Made by a program: the position numbers and the translations under genes
In this document: piece by piece, positions 48,877 through 60,200 of the stretch
Layout: each line of letters starts with the position of its first letter
Position numbering within the stretch: the first letter of the stretch is position 1
The notes under the pieces: model-generated
The model's input: only the letters and a program-made list of their open reading frames with translations
Databases searched by the model: none
Told to the model about the DNA's origin: nothing
Source of the DNA: an uncultured Verrucomicrobiae bacterium
GTDB lineage: Bacteria; Verrucomicrobiota; Verrucomicrobiia; Limisphaerales; Palsa-1400
Direction: 5' to 3'
Assembly: GCA_963764165.1 (NCBI GenBank)
Contig: CAVXRD010000002.1
Coordinates: 3,296,001 to 3,360,000 of the forward strand
Length of the DNA: 64,000 nucleotides

Positions 48877-48960
48877 GACTGAAGCCCGAGGGCTTTGTCA
48901 CTGTTTGGCTCCGATTTGATAACGTGAGCCACCATTTTGTTCAACTTTCGCTTTTGCTTG

Positions 48961-49107
48961 GCCACAGATTAACACAGATCAACACAGATAAATACAGGGA
49001 AGGAATGAAACAGGCCGGAGGCCGAGCACCCATCACGCCATCGGCGCGAAATATGTCAACCAAAGGTCTCCTCAGAAAATCTGTGTTGATCTGTGTTAAT
49101 CTGCGGC
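48961..49107. repeat. inverted repeat of 10-bp periodic ACACAGAT units
   Basis: GCCACAGATTAACACAGATCAACACAGAT versus ATCTGTGTTGATCTGTGTTAATCTGCGGC (28/29); solo related arm at 50867-50896. Confidence 0.85.
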
Positions 49108-50693
49108 TATGAATCTGGCAGGCTGAAATAAAAGGTGGCGCCCTTTTCCGGCTCGGCTTCGACCCAGATTCGGCCGCCGTGGCGCTTGATGATCCGCTGG
49201 ACAATCGACAATCCCACGCCGGTTCCTTCGAATTGCTCCTCGGAATGCACACGCTGAAAAACGCCAAATAATTTGCTGGCGGCTTTCATGTCGAATCCCG
49301 CCCCGTTGTCGCGGACGAAATAAATTTTTTCTTTGTCGGCGCAGCGGCAGCCGATTTCGATCACCGCCGGGTCGCGGTCCCGCGTGAATTTGAAGGCGTT
49401 GGACAACAGGTTGACCAGCACCTGGCGGAGCAGCGACGGGTCAGCCTGGCTGTTGGGCAATTCACCAAGGCGGACGACAATGGCGCGCCCGTCATGCTGC
49501 TGGCGAAGATCCGCCACGATTTCTTCGACCATGCCGGCAATCCAAACTTCCTGTTTTTCCAGCGAGGCGCGCCCCATCTTCGACAGGCGCAGGAGATCGT
49601 CAATGAGCCGTCCCATCTTTCGCGTGCTGCCAACAATGATATTGACCAAACGCTGGCCGTCGCTCGAGATCTGGCCGGAATACTCGTTGAGCAGAATATT
49701 CGAAAAACCATCCACCGCCCGCAGAGGCGCCCGCAAATCGTGCGAAACGGAATAGGAGAAGGCTTCCAATTCCTGGTTGGCGGATTCCAATTGGTCGGAG
49801 TGAAGTTTCAATTTGGCGTTCAGCAGGCGGATTTCCTCTTCAGCCAGCCGCCGCGCTTCCTCGGCTCGTTCCATGGCAATGGCATTGAAAGAAATCAGGG
49901 CCGCGAAACAAACCATCGTCGCCACCACCATGAGTGAAATCCCAAACGCCCCATCGAAGAACCTCGCGCGCTCTCCCTCCATTCGCATTAATTCCAACAC
50001 GACCGGCACGACCAGCGCCGCCGGCAAAAGACGCCGCATCGTCACCCCGCCTGCGCCCGGACTGCGCAAGAGCCGGATAAAACCACGCTCGGGACGCGCC
50101 ATGACAATCCCCATCGACAGCACCAAAAATCCAAAGGCCGCGTGAAGCGCCATCGGGATGTAGGCGGTGACCCGATAAAAGCTGGTGGCGTTCAGCAAGT
50201 AGCCGGTCATGGCCAACAGGGCCACCATGCCCATCACCAAACTCAAGAGTTCGGAAGGATGCCATCGGCTCCGCGCATTCCAATCCAGGACGCACAGAGA
50301 AATCCCGCCAAGCAGGAAACAAAACGCCGTATTTGGAGCCATTTTGCTGACGATCCCAGGCTGGGCGTCATTGAGTTTGCTGGCGAAAAGAAGCTGGTCA
50401 ACGACGGCGTTGTAACCAAACAAATAAGTCAGGCACGTCCACAAGCCAACCGCCGCGGCCAGCGCCCCGCAGGCGGCACGAGCGCGATTTTTCCACTTCG
50501 GAGGCGATTCGCCGCAGGCAGAGAAAAATAGCGACGTTCCGCAGGAGAGGAACAACACAGCCGTGACAGGATTCATGGTCACAAGACCAGGAATCACACG
50601 TTTCAGCACTTCCACATCAGTGGCCCAGCCGAGCAAAACAACCGCGCCGATTCCGGCGAGCATTGCTCCGCAAACACGCGTTGCAGATTTCAT
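49107..50693 (-). CDS. membrane sensor histidine kinase (orphan)
   Basis: Multi-TM N-terminus; FSYSVSHDLRAPL, NLLSNAFKF, DNGAGF, GTGVGL. Confidence 0.92.
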   Translation of the reverse strand: MKSATRVCGAMLAGIGAVVLLGWATDVEVLKRVIPGLVTMNPVTAVLFLSCGTSLFFSACGESPPKWKNRARAACGALAAAVGLWTCLTYLFGYNAVVDQLLFASKLNDAQPGIVSKMAPNTAFCFLLGGISLCVLDWNARSRWHPSELLSLVMGMVALLAMTGYLLNATSFYRVTAYIPMALHAAFGFLVLSMGIVMARPERGFIRLLRSPGAGGVTMRRLLPAALVVPVVLELMRMEGERARFFDGAFGISLMVVATMVCFAALISFNAIAMERAEEARRLAEEEIRLLNAKLKLHSDQLESANQELEAFSYSVSHDLRAPLRAVDGFSNILLNEYSGQISSDGQRLVNIIVGSTRKMGRLIDDLLRLSKMGRASLEKQEVWIAGMVEEIVADLRQQHDGRAIVVRLGELPNSQADPSLLRQVLVNLLSNAFKFTRDRDPAVIEIGCRCADKEKIYFVRDNGAGFDMKAASKLFGVFQRVHSEEQFEGTGVGLSIVQRIIKRHGGRIWVEAEPEKGATFYFSLPDS

Positions 50694-50947
50694 CTATATT
50701 TTGGTCAGGGGATCGCCGGGCTGCTCGGACCCGACACACGCAATGAACCACAAAACACGCCACGAGTCAAAAAAAACGTTCTGTTGACTCTCTCATGCTG
50801 TGGGAAATCTGGGAAACATGAACGACAGCGAAAGTCGTTTTGCCCATCAATTTTTGAAATCATTTTATCGGTGCTGATCTGTGTCCATCTGTGGCCATGA
50901 ATTCTGCTGGCGATCAATGTGGCGCATGGCACTTGTCGCCGGTTCGG

Positions 50948-50976
50948 TTGACATTGAAAACTCGCGCGCCCATAAT
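50948..50976 (+). promoter_or_regulatory. sigma70-type promoter of pckG
   Basis: TTGACA (50948-50953), 17 bp, CATAAT (50971-50976), ending ~20 nt before ATG 50996. Confidence 0.7.
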
Positions 50977-50995
50977 CGCTTTGCCCGATGGCTTT

Positions 50996-52756
50996 ATGAC
51001 CACTCCAAACACTCCGAATCCCTCCGTCGTCCAATGGGTGGAGGAAATGACGCGCTTATGCCAGCCAGAACGCGTCTTCTGGTGCGACGGCTCGGAGGCT
51101 GAGAAGGAAGTTCTGCTCAACGAAGCTCTGGCCAAAGGCATTTTGATCCAGCTCAACCCGGAGAAATTGCCAGGGTGTTATTATCATCGATCCACCATCG
51201 ATGACGTGGCCCGCAGCGAAGATCGCACTCTAATCTGCACGCCAACGGCTGAGGAGGCTGGCCCCACCAATAATTGGGCCGAGCCCGAGGCAACTTACGA
51301 AAAGCTACGGAAACTTTCCGCAGGCGGCATGCGCGGACGCACCATGTATGTCGTTCCGTATTTGATGGGGCCGCTCGGTTCCCCGCTGACAAAGGTCGGG
51401 CTGGAGTTGACGGATTCCATTTACGTCGTGCTCAGCATGCGGATCATGACACGGATGGGCCAGGTGGCTTACGCGCATCTGGGCGCGAGCGAGGATTTCA
51501 ATCGCGGGCTGCACTGCATGCTGAAGATGGATGCGCGCGACCGTTACATCGCCCATTTCCCGCAGGATAACGCCGTCATTTCCACCAGTTCCAACTACGG
51601 CGGCAATGTGCTGCTCGGGAAAAAATGCCTTTCGCTCCGCATCGGCTCGTGGCTGGCCAACAAAGAAGGCTGGCTGGCGGAGCACATGCTCATCCTGAGC
51701 ACCGAATCTCCCAGCGGCGAAAAAACCTACGTCACGGCGGCCTTTCCCAGCGCGTGCGGGAAAACGAATTTCGCCATGCTCGTGCCGCCGCCGCACTTTG
51801 CCGGCTGGAAAATTCGCACGGTCGGCGACGACATCGCCTGGATGAAACCAGGGGAAGACGGCCGCCTCTACGCGATCAACCCGGAGAACGGCTACTTCGG
51901 CGTCGCGCCTGGAACCAACGAGAAGACAAATCCCAACGCGATGGCATCCATTTCGCGCGACACGATTTACACCAACGTCGCCCTAACGTCCGATCTGGAC
52001 GTGTGGTGGGAAGGCAAAACCGACTCGCCGCCGCCGGACTTGACGGATTGGAAGGGACGCAAATGGACGCCGGAATCAAAAGAGCCGGCCGCCCATCCCA
52101 ACAGCCGTTTCTGCGCGCCGATGAAAAACAATCCCGCCTGCGCGCCGGAAGTGGACGACCCGAACGGCGTGCCGATCAGCGCGATTATTTTCGGCGGACG
52201 CCGCGCCAATACCATCCCGCTCGTTTATCAGGCCTTCAACTGGATTCACGGCATCTACATCGGCGCGACGATGAGCTCCGAAACAACTGCCGCCGCCACC
52301 GGCGAAGTCGGAAAAATCCGGCGCGACCCCATGGGAATGCTGCCCTTCTGCGGTTACAATATGGGGCATTATTTCCATCATTGGCTTCGCATGCGAAAGA
52401 AACTCGCGAACCCGCCGCGCTTTTTTTACGTGAATTGGTTTCGCCGCGATGAAGCGGGAAAATTCCTGTGGCCCGGCTTCGGCGAAAACATGCGCGTGCT
52501 GAAATGGATCGTCGACCGCACGCGCGGACGGGCCGACGCGTGGGAGGCGCCGCTGGGCTGGGTGCCCGGCCCGCGCGATTTTGATCTCGATGGCATGAAG
52601 GATTTCGATTCCGCCCGCCTGGCCAAAGCCCAGGAAATCGACATGGAAGAATGGCGCCGCGAAGCCCTGCTGCACGACGAGCTTTTCCTCCGCCTTTACG
52701 CCGATTTGCCCAAGGAACTTATTTTTCAGCGGGAGTTGCTGGTGGCGAGGCTATAA
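50996..52756 (+). CDS. pckG: GTP-dependent phosphoenolpyruvate carboxykinase
   Basis: YGGNVLLGKKC, WLAEHM, FPSACGKTN, VGDDIAW, HPNSRF. Confidence 0.97.
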   Translation: MTTPNTPNPSVVQWVEEMTRLCQPERVFWCDGSEAEKEVLLNEALAKGILIQLNPEKLPGCYYHRSTIDDVARSEDRTLICTPTAEEAGPTNNWAEPEATYEKLRKLSAGGMRGRTMYVVPYLMGPLGSPLTKVGLELTDSIYVVLSMRIMTRMGQVAYAHLGASEDFNRGLHCMLKMDARDRYIAHFPQDNAVISTSSNYGGNVLLGKKCLSLRIGSWLANKEGWLAEHMLILSTESPSGEKTYVTAAFPSACGKTNFAMLVPPPHFAGWKIRTVGDDIAWMKPGEDGRLYAINPENGYFGVAPGTNEKTNPNAMASISRDTIYTNVALTSDLDVWWEGKTDSPPPDLTDWKGRKWTPESKEPAAHPNSRFCAPMKNNPACAPEVDDPNGVPISAIIFGGRRANTIPLVYQAFNWIHGIYIGATMSSETTAAATGEVGKIRRDPMGMLPFCGYNMGHYFHHWLRMRKKLANPPRFFYVNWFRRDEAGKFLWPGFGENMRVLKWIVDRTRGRADAWEAPLGWVPGPRDFDLDGMKDFDSARLAKAQEIDMEEWRREALLHDELFLRLYADLPKELIFQRELLVARL

Positions 52757-52923
52757 GCTGTAATATTGACTCGATGAGCCGTGAGCCTGGGCACCGCCGT
52801 CAAAAATCCCGAAGGGAGAATGGCGCTTGGATAAGGAGTTGACATTTGATGTCCTTCCTGAGTGTCGCGGCAAGCAACGGCTGCTCGCTCTTTGAGTGCA
52901 GGGCGGATTTATCCCGTGTTTTC

Positions 52924-53090
52924 CTCTGCGCGCTCATCTTCTCTGCGCGAGAGTTCTTTTCCCTCTGGCAGGCCGTTGAGGATGCGCATGAAACCGTCCC
53001 TTGATTTGTGCAATCCAGGGTTAATAAAAACGATTGGGCTTCATCGTGGAATTAAAACCATATCGCGCAGAGAAGGCGGAGAGCGCAGAG
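52924..53090. repeat. imperfect inverted repeat of CTCTGCG periodic units
   Basis: CTCTGCGCGCTCATCTTCTCTGCGCGA versus TCGCGCAGAGAAGGCGGAGAGCGCAGAG. Confidence 0.6.
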
Positions 53091-53385
53091 TTTTCTCGCT
53101 GGAATGAATCAAATGGGCCGCTGCTGCTCCGCCTAAATCGTCAAGGAACCCACCGGACCACGAGTTAGAAATCGGAATGCACCCCCATGCTCAACTCCGG
53201 GTGATTTTTCCCTTTGGCGAACATCGTTAGCTCGCGCATGTGGATACCACACAAAGCGGGTGTGAGACAGAATTCTTCTGGCGGGAATTTTGTCCCGCGC
53301 TCACCACCCGCGACCGGCCGGAATTTAGTTGGACGGAGTCCCCGCGTTGTTTCAGACTGGCCCGCGATTTGAAAAGCGCCTGTTT

Positions 53386-55077
53386 ATGAAACATGCCGTC
53401 GCCTTTGCCGCCTTAATGGCCGGTTTACTGCCTATGTCGTCTCTCGCCCAAAATCCAGATGATGCCTTGAAGTCGCGTGCCGAATTGTCGAATTACGAGG
53501 AGACGAGCCGTTACGCGGACGTGATCAACTTCTTCGACGAGCTGCAGCGGCGCAGCCCGTTTGTGCGGATCGAAACGTTCGGTCATTCGAAGGAAGGCCG
53601 CGCGCTGCCGTTGGTCATCTTGGCCGATCCTCCCGTCTCCCAGCCCTGCGAGGCGGCGGCCTCCGGCAAGCCGGTGGTGTTCGTCATGGCGAACATTCAC
53701 GCCGGCGAGGTCGAGGGCAAAGAGGCGATGCAAGCGCTGTCCCGGCGCATCGCGACCGGCGGCCTGCGATCGCTCCTAAAAGATTTGGTGATCCTGATTG
53801 CGCCCATCTACAACGCGGATGGCAATGAGCGGATTGATGTGAAACATCGCACCGACCAATATGGGCCGATTGGCGGCGTGGGCGTGCGGGAAAATGCGTC
53901 GGGGCTGGATTTGAACCGCGATTACATGAAGATGGAAGCGCCGGAAACCCAGGCCTTGGTGGCGTTGTTCAATCGCTGGGATCCGCTCCTGACCGTCGAT
54001 TTGCATACCACAGACGGTTCTTATCACGCCTATCATTTAACATATTCGCCACCGCTGAATCCAATGGCTGATCCGAAGCTGATCGAGTATGAACGCGCCA
54101 AAATGCTCCCTTCGATCACAAATGCGATGCAGGTGAAGCATCATTACCGGACCTATTACTACGGAAATTTTTCAACGAAAGAAAAGCTGGATCAAGAGCT
54201 GGATCGCTTCGCCGAGCCAAAGGCTGGCGAACCGGAACCGACCCGGATTTGGCGGACGTTTGATCACCGCCCTCGATTTGGCAATAACTACGCCGGGCTG
54301 CGCAACCGCCTCGCGATCTTGTCCGAGGCTTACAGCCATCTGGACTTCCGCGGGCGCGTGGAGTCGACGGAGGCATTTGTGGAGGAAATATTCAACTACA
54401 CAGCGGCGCACGGAACCGAGATGATCGCCCTCACCCGGGAGTTGGATGCCGCGACGGTGGAGCGGGGATTAGACGGGACGGGGCGGCCGTTTAGCGCGGA
54501 GTTCGAGATGCGCCCGCTTCCGGAACCGGTGAATTTGCTGGTCGGCGACGTCACGAAAATCAAAAATCCGAAATCGGGCATCGATATGATTGCAATGGTG
54601 GAGGACAAGGTCACGCCGATGCGCATGCCGGACTTCGGAATTTTTGCCGCAACACGCCAGACGATTGCGGCTTCAGCGTATTTGATTCCGGCGGAAGCCG
54701 GGCTGCGCGTGGCGGTGGAAAAAGCGAGGATGCATGGAATCGCGGTCGAGGAATTGACGGCGCCAGTGGAAATGGAAGTGGAGACGTTCGCGATTGATTC
54801 ACTCCAGCACGCGGCCCGCCCCTTCGCGGGACACGCCGCGACGAAGCTAACCGGACATTACCAGCGCACGACAATGAAATTCCCGCAAGGAACATTCCTG
54901 GTGCGCGCGGCGCAGCCGCTATGGCCCCTGGCACAGTATCTTCTCGATCCCGAAAGCGACGATGGCCTCGTGGCGTGGAATTTTCTGGATGCTGATCTCG
55001 CCGCTGGCAAATTGTATCCCATTCACGCGGCGGCCAAACCCGTCAGCGCATCCGCCCGCATGGTGGAGAAACCATAA
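53386..55077 (+). CDS. secreted M14 family zinc carboxypeptidase
   Basis: Signal peptide, IHAGE (HxxE), NADGNE, DLNRD, VDLHTT. Confidence 0.9.
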   Translation: MKHAVAFAALMAGLLPMSSLAQNPDDALKSRAELSNYEETSRYADVINFFDELQRRSPFVRIETFGHSKEGRALPLVILADPPVSQPCEAAASGKPVVFVMANIHAGEVEGKEAMQALSRRIATGGLRSLLKDLVILIAPIYNADGNERIDVKHRTDQYGPIGGVGVRENASGLDLNRDYMKMEAPETQALVALFNRWDPLLTVDLHTTDGSYHAYHLTYSPPLNPMADPKLIEYERAKMLPSITNAMQVKHHYRTYYYGNFSTKEKLDQELDRFAEPKAGEPEPTRIWRTFDHRPRFGNNYAGLRNRLAILSEAYSHLDFRGRVESTEAFVEEIFNYTAAHGTEMIALTRELDAATVERGLDGTGRPFSAEFEMRPLPEPVNLLVGDVTKIKNPKSGIDMIAMVEDKVTPMRMPDFGIFAATRQTIAASAYLIPAEAGLRVAVEKARMHGIAVEELTAPVEMEVETFAIDSLQHAARPFAGHAATKLTGHYQRTTMKFPQGTFLVRAAQPLWPLAQYLLDPESDDGLVAWNFLDADLAAGKLYPIHAAAKPVSASARMVEKP

Positions 55078-55129
55078 CGGTTGCGCCTGCTGCGCGGCCA
55101 TTTCCACTCTCCACTCCACCTCGCCCTAG

Positions 55130-55950
55130 GGCCTGTTAACACTAATTGACATTTTATAGGCGACAAGGCAAAATGGCTGGGTGGAGCTTACAGAGAGTCA
55201 ATATCAGCGGGTTGCTGATTGTCTGCCGCGGCAGCGCGGCAACGTGAGCATGACCAATCTGCAACTTCTCAACGCCCTGCTCTATGTGGTGGAGCATGGG
55301 TGCAAATGGCGCGGCCTGCCAAAACATTTTGGCAACTGGCATACGATCTACACCCGCATGAACCGCTGGAGCAAAGCGGGCGTGCTGGATCGAGTCTTCG
55401 CCCGGCTCCAGCAGGAGCAAATCCTGGCGATCCGGATCGAGCAAGTCTGCTTGGACAGCACGACGATCAAGGTTCACCCCGACGGCACCGGGGCGCTAAA
55501 AAAAACGGCCCACAGGCCATCGGGCGCTCCCGAGGCGGTTGCACCACCAAAATTCATCTGGTTGCCGCGAATGCCCAGTGCGCCTTAATGCTCAAGCTTT
55601 CCCCCGGCCAGGCGGGGGACGCGCCGCAAGGACGCGAGCTTTTGCAGGCGGGCGGGCCGGTTCCGGCAGGGCTTCCACTCATCATGGACAGCGCCTATGA
55701 AGGGGACGAGACTCTGCAACAGGCGCGGGAATTGGGCTACGCTCCAGTGGTTCCTCCTAACCCCCGACGCTTAAATCCGTGGGAGTATGACCAAACCCTT
55801 TACCGACGCCGCAATGAGATTGAACGGCTTTTTCGCCGACTCAAAAGCTACCGCCGAGTCTTCAGTCGCTTCGACAAATTGGATGCGTTGTACTCCGGAT
55901 TCGTCGTCCTCGCGCTCATCGTGGAGGCGTTACGTTAGTGTTAACAGGCC
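55130..55950 (+). mobile_element. IS5-family (IS427-like) insertion sequence, 821 bp
   Basis: Perfect 16-bp IR GGCCTGTTAACACTAA, flanked by CTAG on both sides (55126, 55951). Confidence 0.95.
55181..55938 (+). CDS. IS5-family DDE transposase, two ORFs joined by a -1 frameshift at A8 (55498-55505)
   Basis: GCKWRGLP..FGNWHTIYTR, LDST, IGRSRGGCTTKIH, DSAYE, YRRRNEIERLF. Confidence 0.92.
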
Positions 55951-57243
55951 CTAGCGCAGCCGGCCAAGTTGAAAGTCCAAGGCGGAGCGTTGAATTTGGT
56001 ATTCGTAGCGGGCCCCGGCGGCGTTGATTTGCGCGGAGGTCAGGTTTAATTCTGATTGACTCAATTCGATGATGGAGCTGATGCCGTTTTTGAAACGCGC
56101 TTGAGAGAGTTCCGCCGATTCCCTGGCATTTCGCAACAGTTCGTCGGTCAAGGCCAGCCGCTGCCATGCATAATCCAAATTGAGGCTGGCAACCTGGACG
56201 TCGCGGGCAATGTTGTCTTCCTGGCCGCGCAGCGCCTCGTCAGCCGCTCGAGCGCGCAACTGGGCTTCCCTCCTGTGGCCGGCGTTGAGCCCGCCTTCGT
56301 AAAGAGGCACGCTCAAGTTGATGCCCGCTGCCGCGTAATCAGGGCCGAGATGCGAATTGCCGGTGGGAACTTCTCCTGCCACGCCGATGGCGCTGATCGT
56401 CGGATAATTCAACTTCTCCTGCGCGCGCGCGAATTCCCGCGCGGCGTCCCGCTGATAGCGCGCCTGCGCCAGGTCGGGCCGCTGCGCGAGCGCTTCGAAT
56501 ATCAGGGCGGAATAATTATTGGTGACATAGGCGGGCATGGCTTCATCGACAAGTTGATAAGTCTTGGCGCGGCGTTCGCCCAATACGTCCGATAAAATCG
56601 CGAAGCCCGATTGCACATCGTTTTTTGCCTTGGCTAGAAGTATTTTGGCTTGTGCGTAGTCCACGCTGGCAAAACTGACATCCAGTTCGGAACGCATTTT
56701 GTTGGTGGCCAGGGCTCGCGTCTGTTCCAAGACCAAGAATCTATTGCTCACGGTTTCCTGCGCAACGTTTAATACCGACTGCGCGGCCAAGGCGGAAAGA
56801 AAAGCATTGTCCACCTCCAGTAGGATTTGGGCGCGAGTGGCTTGCACGTTCATCTTCTCGGAGCGCTCGCGCATTTTGGCGCTTTTGGTTAAATCCCAGG
56901 AGCGGCCAAAGTCGGTGATGAGCTGGCTGATGGAAACCCCCTGGGCTTCGCGCTCGTAGATGAGCGGATTGTTCAATCCCCCGGCGGCGATGCGGGTGTT
57001 GTTCGGATCGGCATTGCCGACGGCGGCGGCGTAGCCGAACACGTTCGGCAGGAGGGCGGACCGGACTTCCTTGGTGACTTCACGCGCGGCCAGCGCGGTC
57101 AGGTCCGCCACGGAAATCCTGGGATGCTGCTTGAGCGCCAGCTCGCGCGCCTGGGCCAAGGTCAATGTGTTGGTGGACGCATCCTCAGCACGGAGATGTG
57201 ATGCGACGCAGAGCAAAACGGCCAGGCAAAAAGCGGGTTTCAT
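55951..57243 (-). CDS. TolC-family outer membrane efflux protein
   Basis: Signal peptide, two OEP-type repeats, last gene of the RND operon. Confidence 0.9.
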   Translation of the reverse strand: MKPAFCLAVLLCVASHLRAEDASTNTLTLAQARELALKQHPRISVADLTALAAREVTKEVRSALLPNVFGYAAAVGNADPNNTRIAAGGLNNPLIYEREAQGVSISQLITDFGRSWDLTKSAKMRERSEKMNVQATRAQILLEVDNAFLSALAAQSVLNVAQETVSNRFLVLEQTRALATNKMRSELDVSFASVDYAQAKILLAKAKNDVQSGFAILSDVLGERRAKTYQLVDEAMPAYVTNNYSALIFEALAQRPDLAQARYQRDAAREFARAQEKLNYPTISAIGVAGEVPTGNSHLGPDYAAAGINLSVPLYEGGLNAGHRREAQLRARAADEALRGQEDNIARDVQVASLNLDYAWQRLALTDELLRNARESAELSQARFKNGISSIIELSQSELNLTSAQINAAGARYEYQIQRSALDFQLGRLR

Positions 57244-60200
57244 GTGGCAGAATTTGCCGCGAGCTTGTTTGACCGGCGGGCGTGAAGGATTCCGTGAATC
57301 AACAAGTAAGCGCATGGAACAAGGAAAATGGTTTGGACGGCGGAGACGGCCAGACCGCCGATCACCGCTCGCGCCAGCGGCGCATAAGCTTCGCCACCTT
57401 CACCCAGTTTCATCGCCATGGGAATGAGCCCGATCAAAGTCGCCAGAGTCGTCATCAAGACCGGGCGCAATCTCACTCGAGGTCCGAGCGTCACCGCTTC
57501 ACGCAAAGTCTTCCCCTCCTCACGCAGCCGGTTGATAAAATCCACGATGAGGATGCTGTCGGAGACGGAAATCCCAACCACCAGAATCATCCCCATTAAC
57601 GCCATCACGCTGATCGGCGTATTCGTCAAATACAGAATGAGCATGACGCCGGTCAACCCAGGCGGCACCGCCAGCAATATCAGAAACGGATCCACGAAGG
57701 ATTTGAATTGCGCCACCAAAATCAGATAAACGAGGACTACCGACAAAGCGATTCCGATGGAGAAACTGTGGAATGACTCGCGCATCGACTGCACCGAACC
57801 GCGCACCGCTATTTTCATGTTTTCCGGCAAATGAGTCCGGCCAATGATTTTTTGCACCCCGTCGTAGATCCTGCTTAAATCTTCGCCTTTGGGGGCAACA
57901 TAAACGTCCACCGTTTTCTGAATTTGATAATGATCCACCTCGGTGGGAGCAAGAATGTGCGAGAAATGCACCACGGAATCCAGCCGGGTCGGCGCAGTGT
58001 CATGCGGGTCTTGAATGCTTCTGGAATCAAAGTCGGAGTGGCGATGCATTGGCGACGCCGGGCCGGGCGGGTTGAGGGATCGCAAGGGCATGGAGCCGAG
58101 ATCCTCGATGCTCCGAACCAGATTTTCCGGGTATTGCACGGACAGGAAATACGGGTTGCCGCTTTTTGGATCAATCCAATAGCTGGGTGCAATCATCACG
58201 TCGGAACTCAGCGAGGTGATCAAGCTATCCACCACTTCCTTCGCGCTCAGACCCAGTTCGCTGGCGCGCTCCCGATCCACGTCCATTTTCAACGATGGAT
58301 AATCCACGTCTTGAGGCACCAGCACATCCCCAACTCCGTCAAGCTTTCTTGCCTCGCGGGCGATTTGGGTGGCGATGGCATGGGCCGCATTCATATCCTG
58401 GCTGCTAATCTGAACATCCACCGGCGCGGGCATGCCTTGATTGACAATCGCGTCCACCAAACCGCCCGTCTGAAAATAGCCGCTGACCTGGGGCAATTCG
58501 CGCGCCATCCTGGCCCGAACGCGGTCCATGTATTCGAAACTGCTCAGGGCATGCCCTGCATTTAATCCCACCTGCACGAATGCGGTGTGCGGGGCCGAGT
58601 TCGGTGTCAGGATGGCGGAAAAACCCGGTTGGATTCCGATGTTCGACACGATGATTTTAATCTCGTTCGTGGGAACCACTTCACGGATGATTTGTTCCAC
58701 TTTTCCCACGAGTTCGTCAGTCAATTCGATGCGGGTGCCAGAGGCCGCTTTAACGTTGATGACAAATTGACTTGGGTCAGTCCGTGGAAAGTAGGATTTT
58801 CCAATAAGAGGATAAAGCAACAAGCTTATTAGGAATAGTCCGGTAATGAGAAGAATGGTAACAATAGGCCTCAACAACGCAAAACTGAGCGCGCGATCAT
58901 AGGTTGCTAACAAGCGGGCGAATTTTTTGTTGAACCACGCATTGAATCGAGCGCCCCATCCTTTGGGTTTGGGGGCATCTTCGCGCGGAGGAGTTCCCAG
59001 TTCTTCATCGGCTTGATGGGCCTTCATGAGATTGGCGCAAAACAGCGGCACGACTGTCATGGCTACAAAGTAGGACGCGAAGAGTGACAGCACCAAAGAG
59101 AGGCCCAGCGCGCTAAACAAGTATTTGCTCACACCATAGAGCATGATGACCGGAAACAACACCACCACCAAGGTCAGTGTGGCTGCCAGCACGGGCAAGG
59201 CAACCTCCTCCCCGCCGCGTTCGGCAGCGGCTTCAGGCGGCGCGCCCATCTCCAGGTGCCGGAAAATGTTTTCCAGCACGACTACTGAATTGTCGATAAG
59301 CCGTGAAAATGCCAATGCCAGGCCGCCCAGGATCATAGCATTGACAGAGCTGCCTCCCAGCGCCAGCGCGATGAAGGTGGCCAGCGCGGAAAGTGGAATG
59401 GAGAGGAACACGGCCAGCGTGGCGCGCGGGCTGCCCAGAAACACCAGGATCATAATTCCGGTCAGCACCAAACCAATGGCGCCTTCGTGAATCAAATTCT
59501 CGATGGCTGCCTTCACGAACACAGATTGGTCAAAGACCACCTGCGCAACCAATTGCTTGGGAACGTTGACAAGATTCTTAATGCCCTCCGAGATGCCGTC
59601 GACCACCTTGATCGTGTTGGCATCACCGCCGAGTTTCAAAACAGGCAAATACACCGACGCCTGGCCGTTGATCCTCACTTTGTTCACTTGAATCTGTGAG
59701 GAATCCACCGCCTTCCCGACGTCGGCCACCAGCACCGATGCCTCACCCTCCGTTTTAAGCGGCACCATGTTGATGTCCTTCATGGCGTTGATCTGGCCGT
59801 TGGCGTAGACGTTGTAATCATACGGGCCGATTTTGATGTCGCCGGATGGAAGAATGAGATTGGCTTCGTTTACTTTATGAACCACGTCCATGACGCTCAA
59901 TCCGTGCGCCTCCAATTTGGCCGGGTCCACATACACCATGATCTGGCGATACTTTCCGCCAAAAGCTGGTGGCAATGAAGCGCCGGGGACGCCAGCCAAT
60001 TGGTTGCGAAGATTAAACTGTCCCTGTTCGCGCAACTGCGATTCGCTTAATCCTTCGCCTTTGAGCGTCACCAGGCAGACAGGCAAACTCGAAGCATCAA
60101 ACGGCATGACAATCGGCGGCAATGTTCCCGGCGGCAGATAACGCAACGTAGCCAATGACAAATTCGCCACCGCAGCCGCGTCCGATTGCGGATCGGTGCC

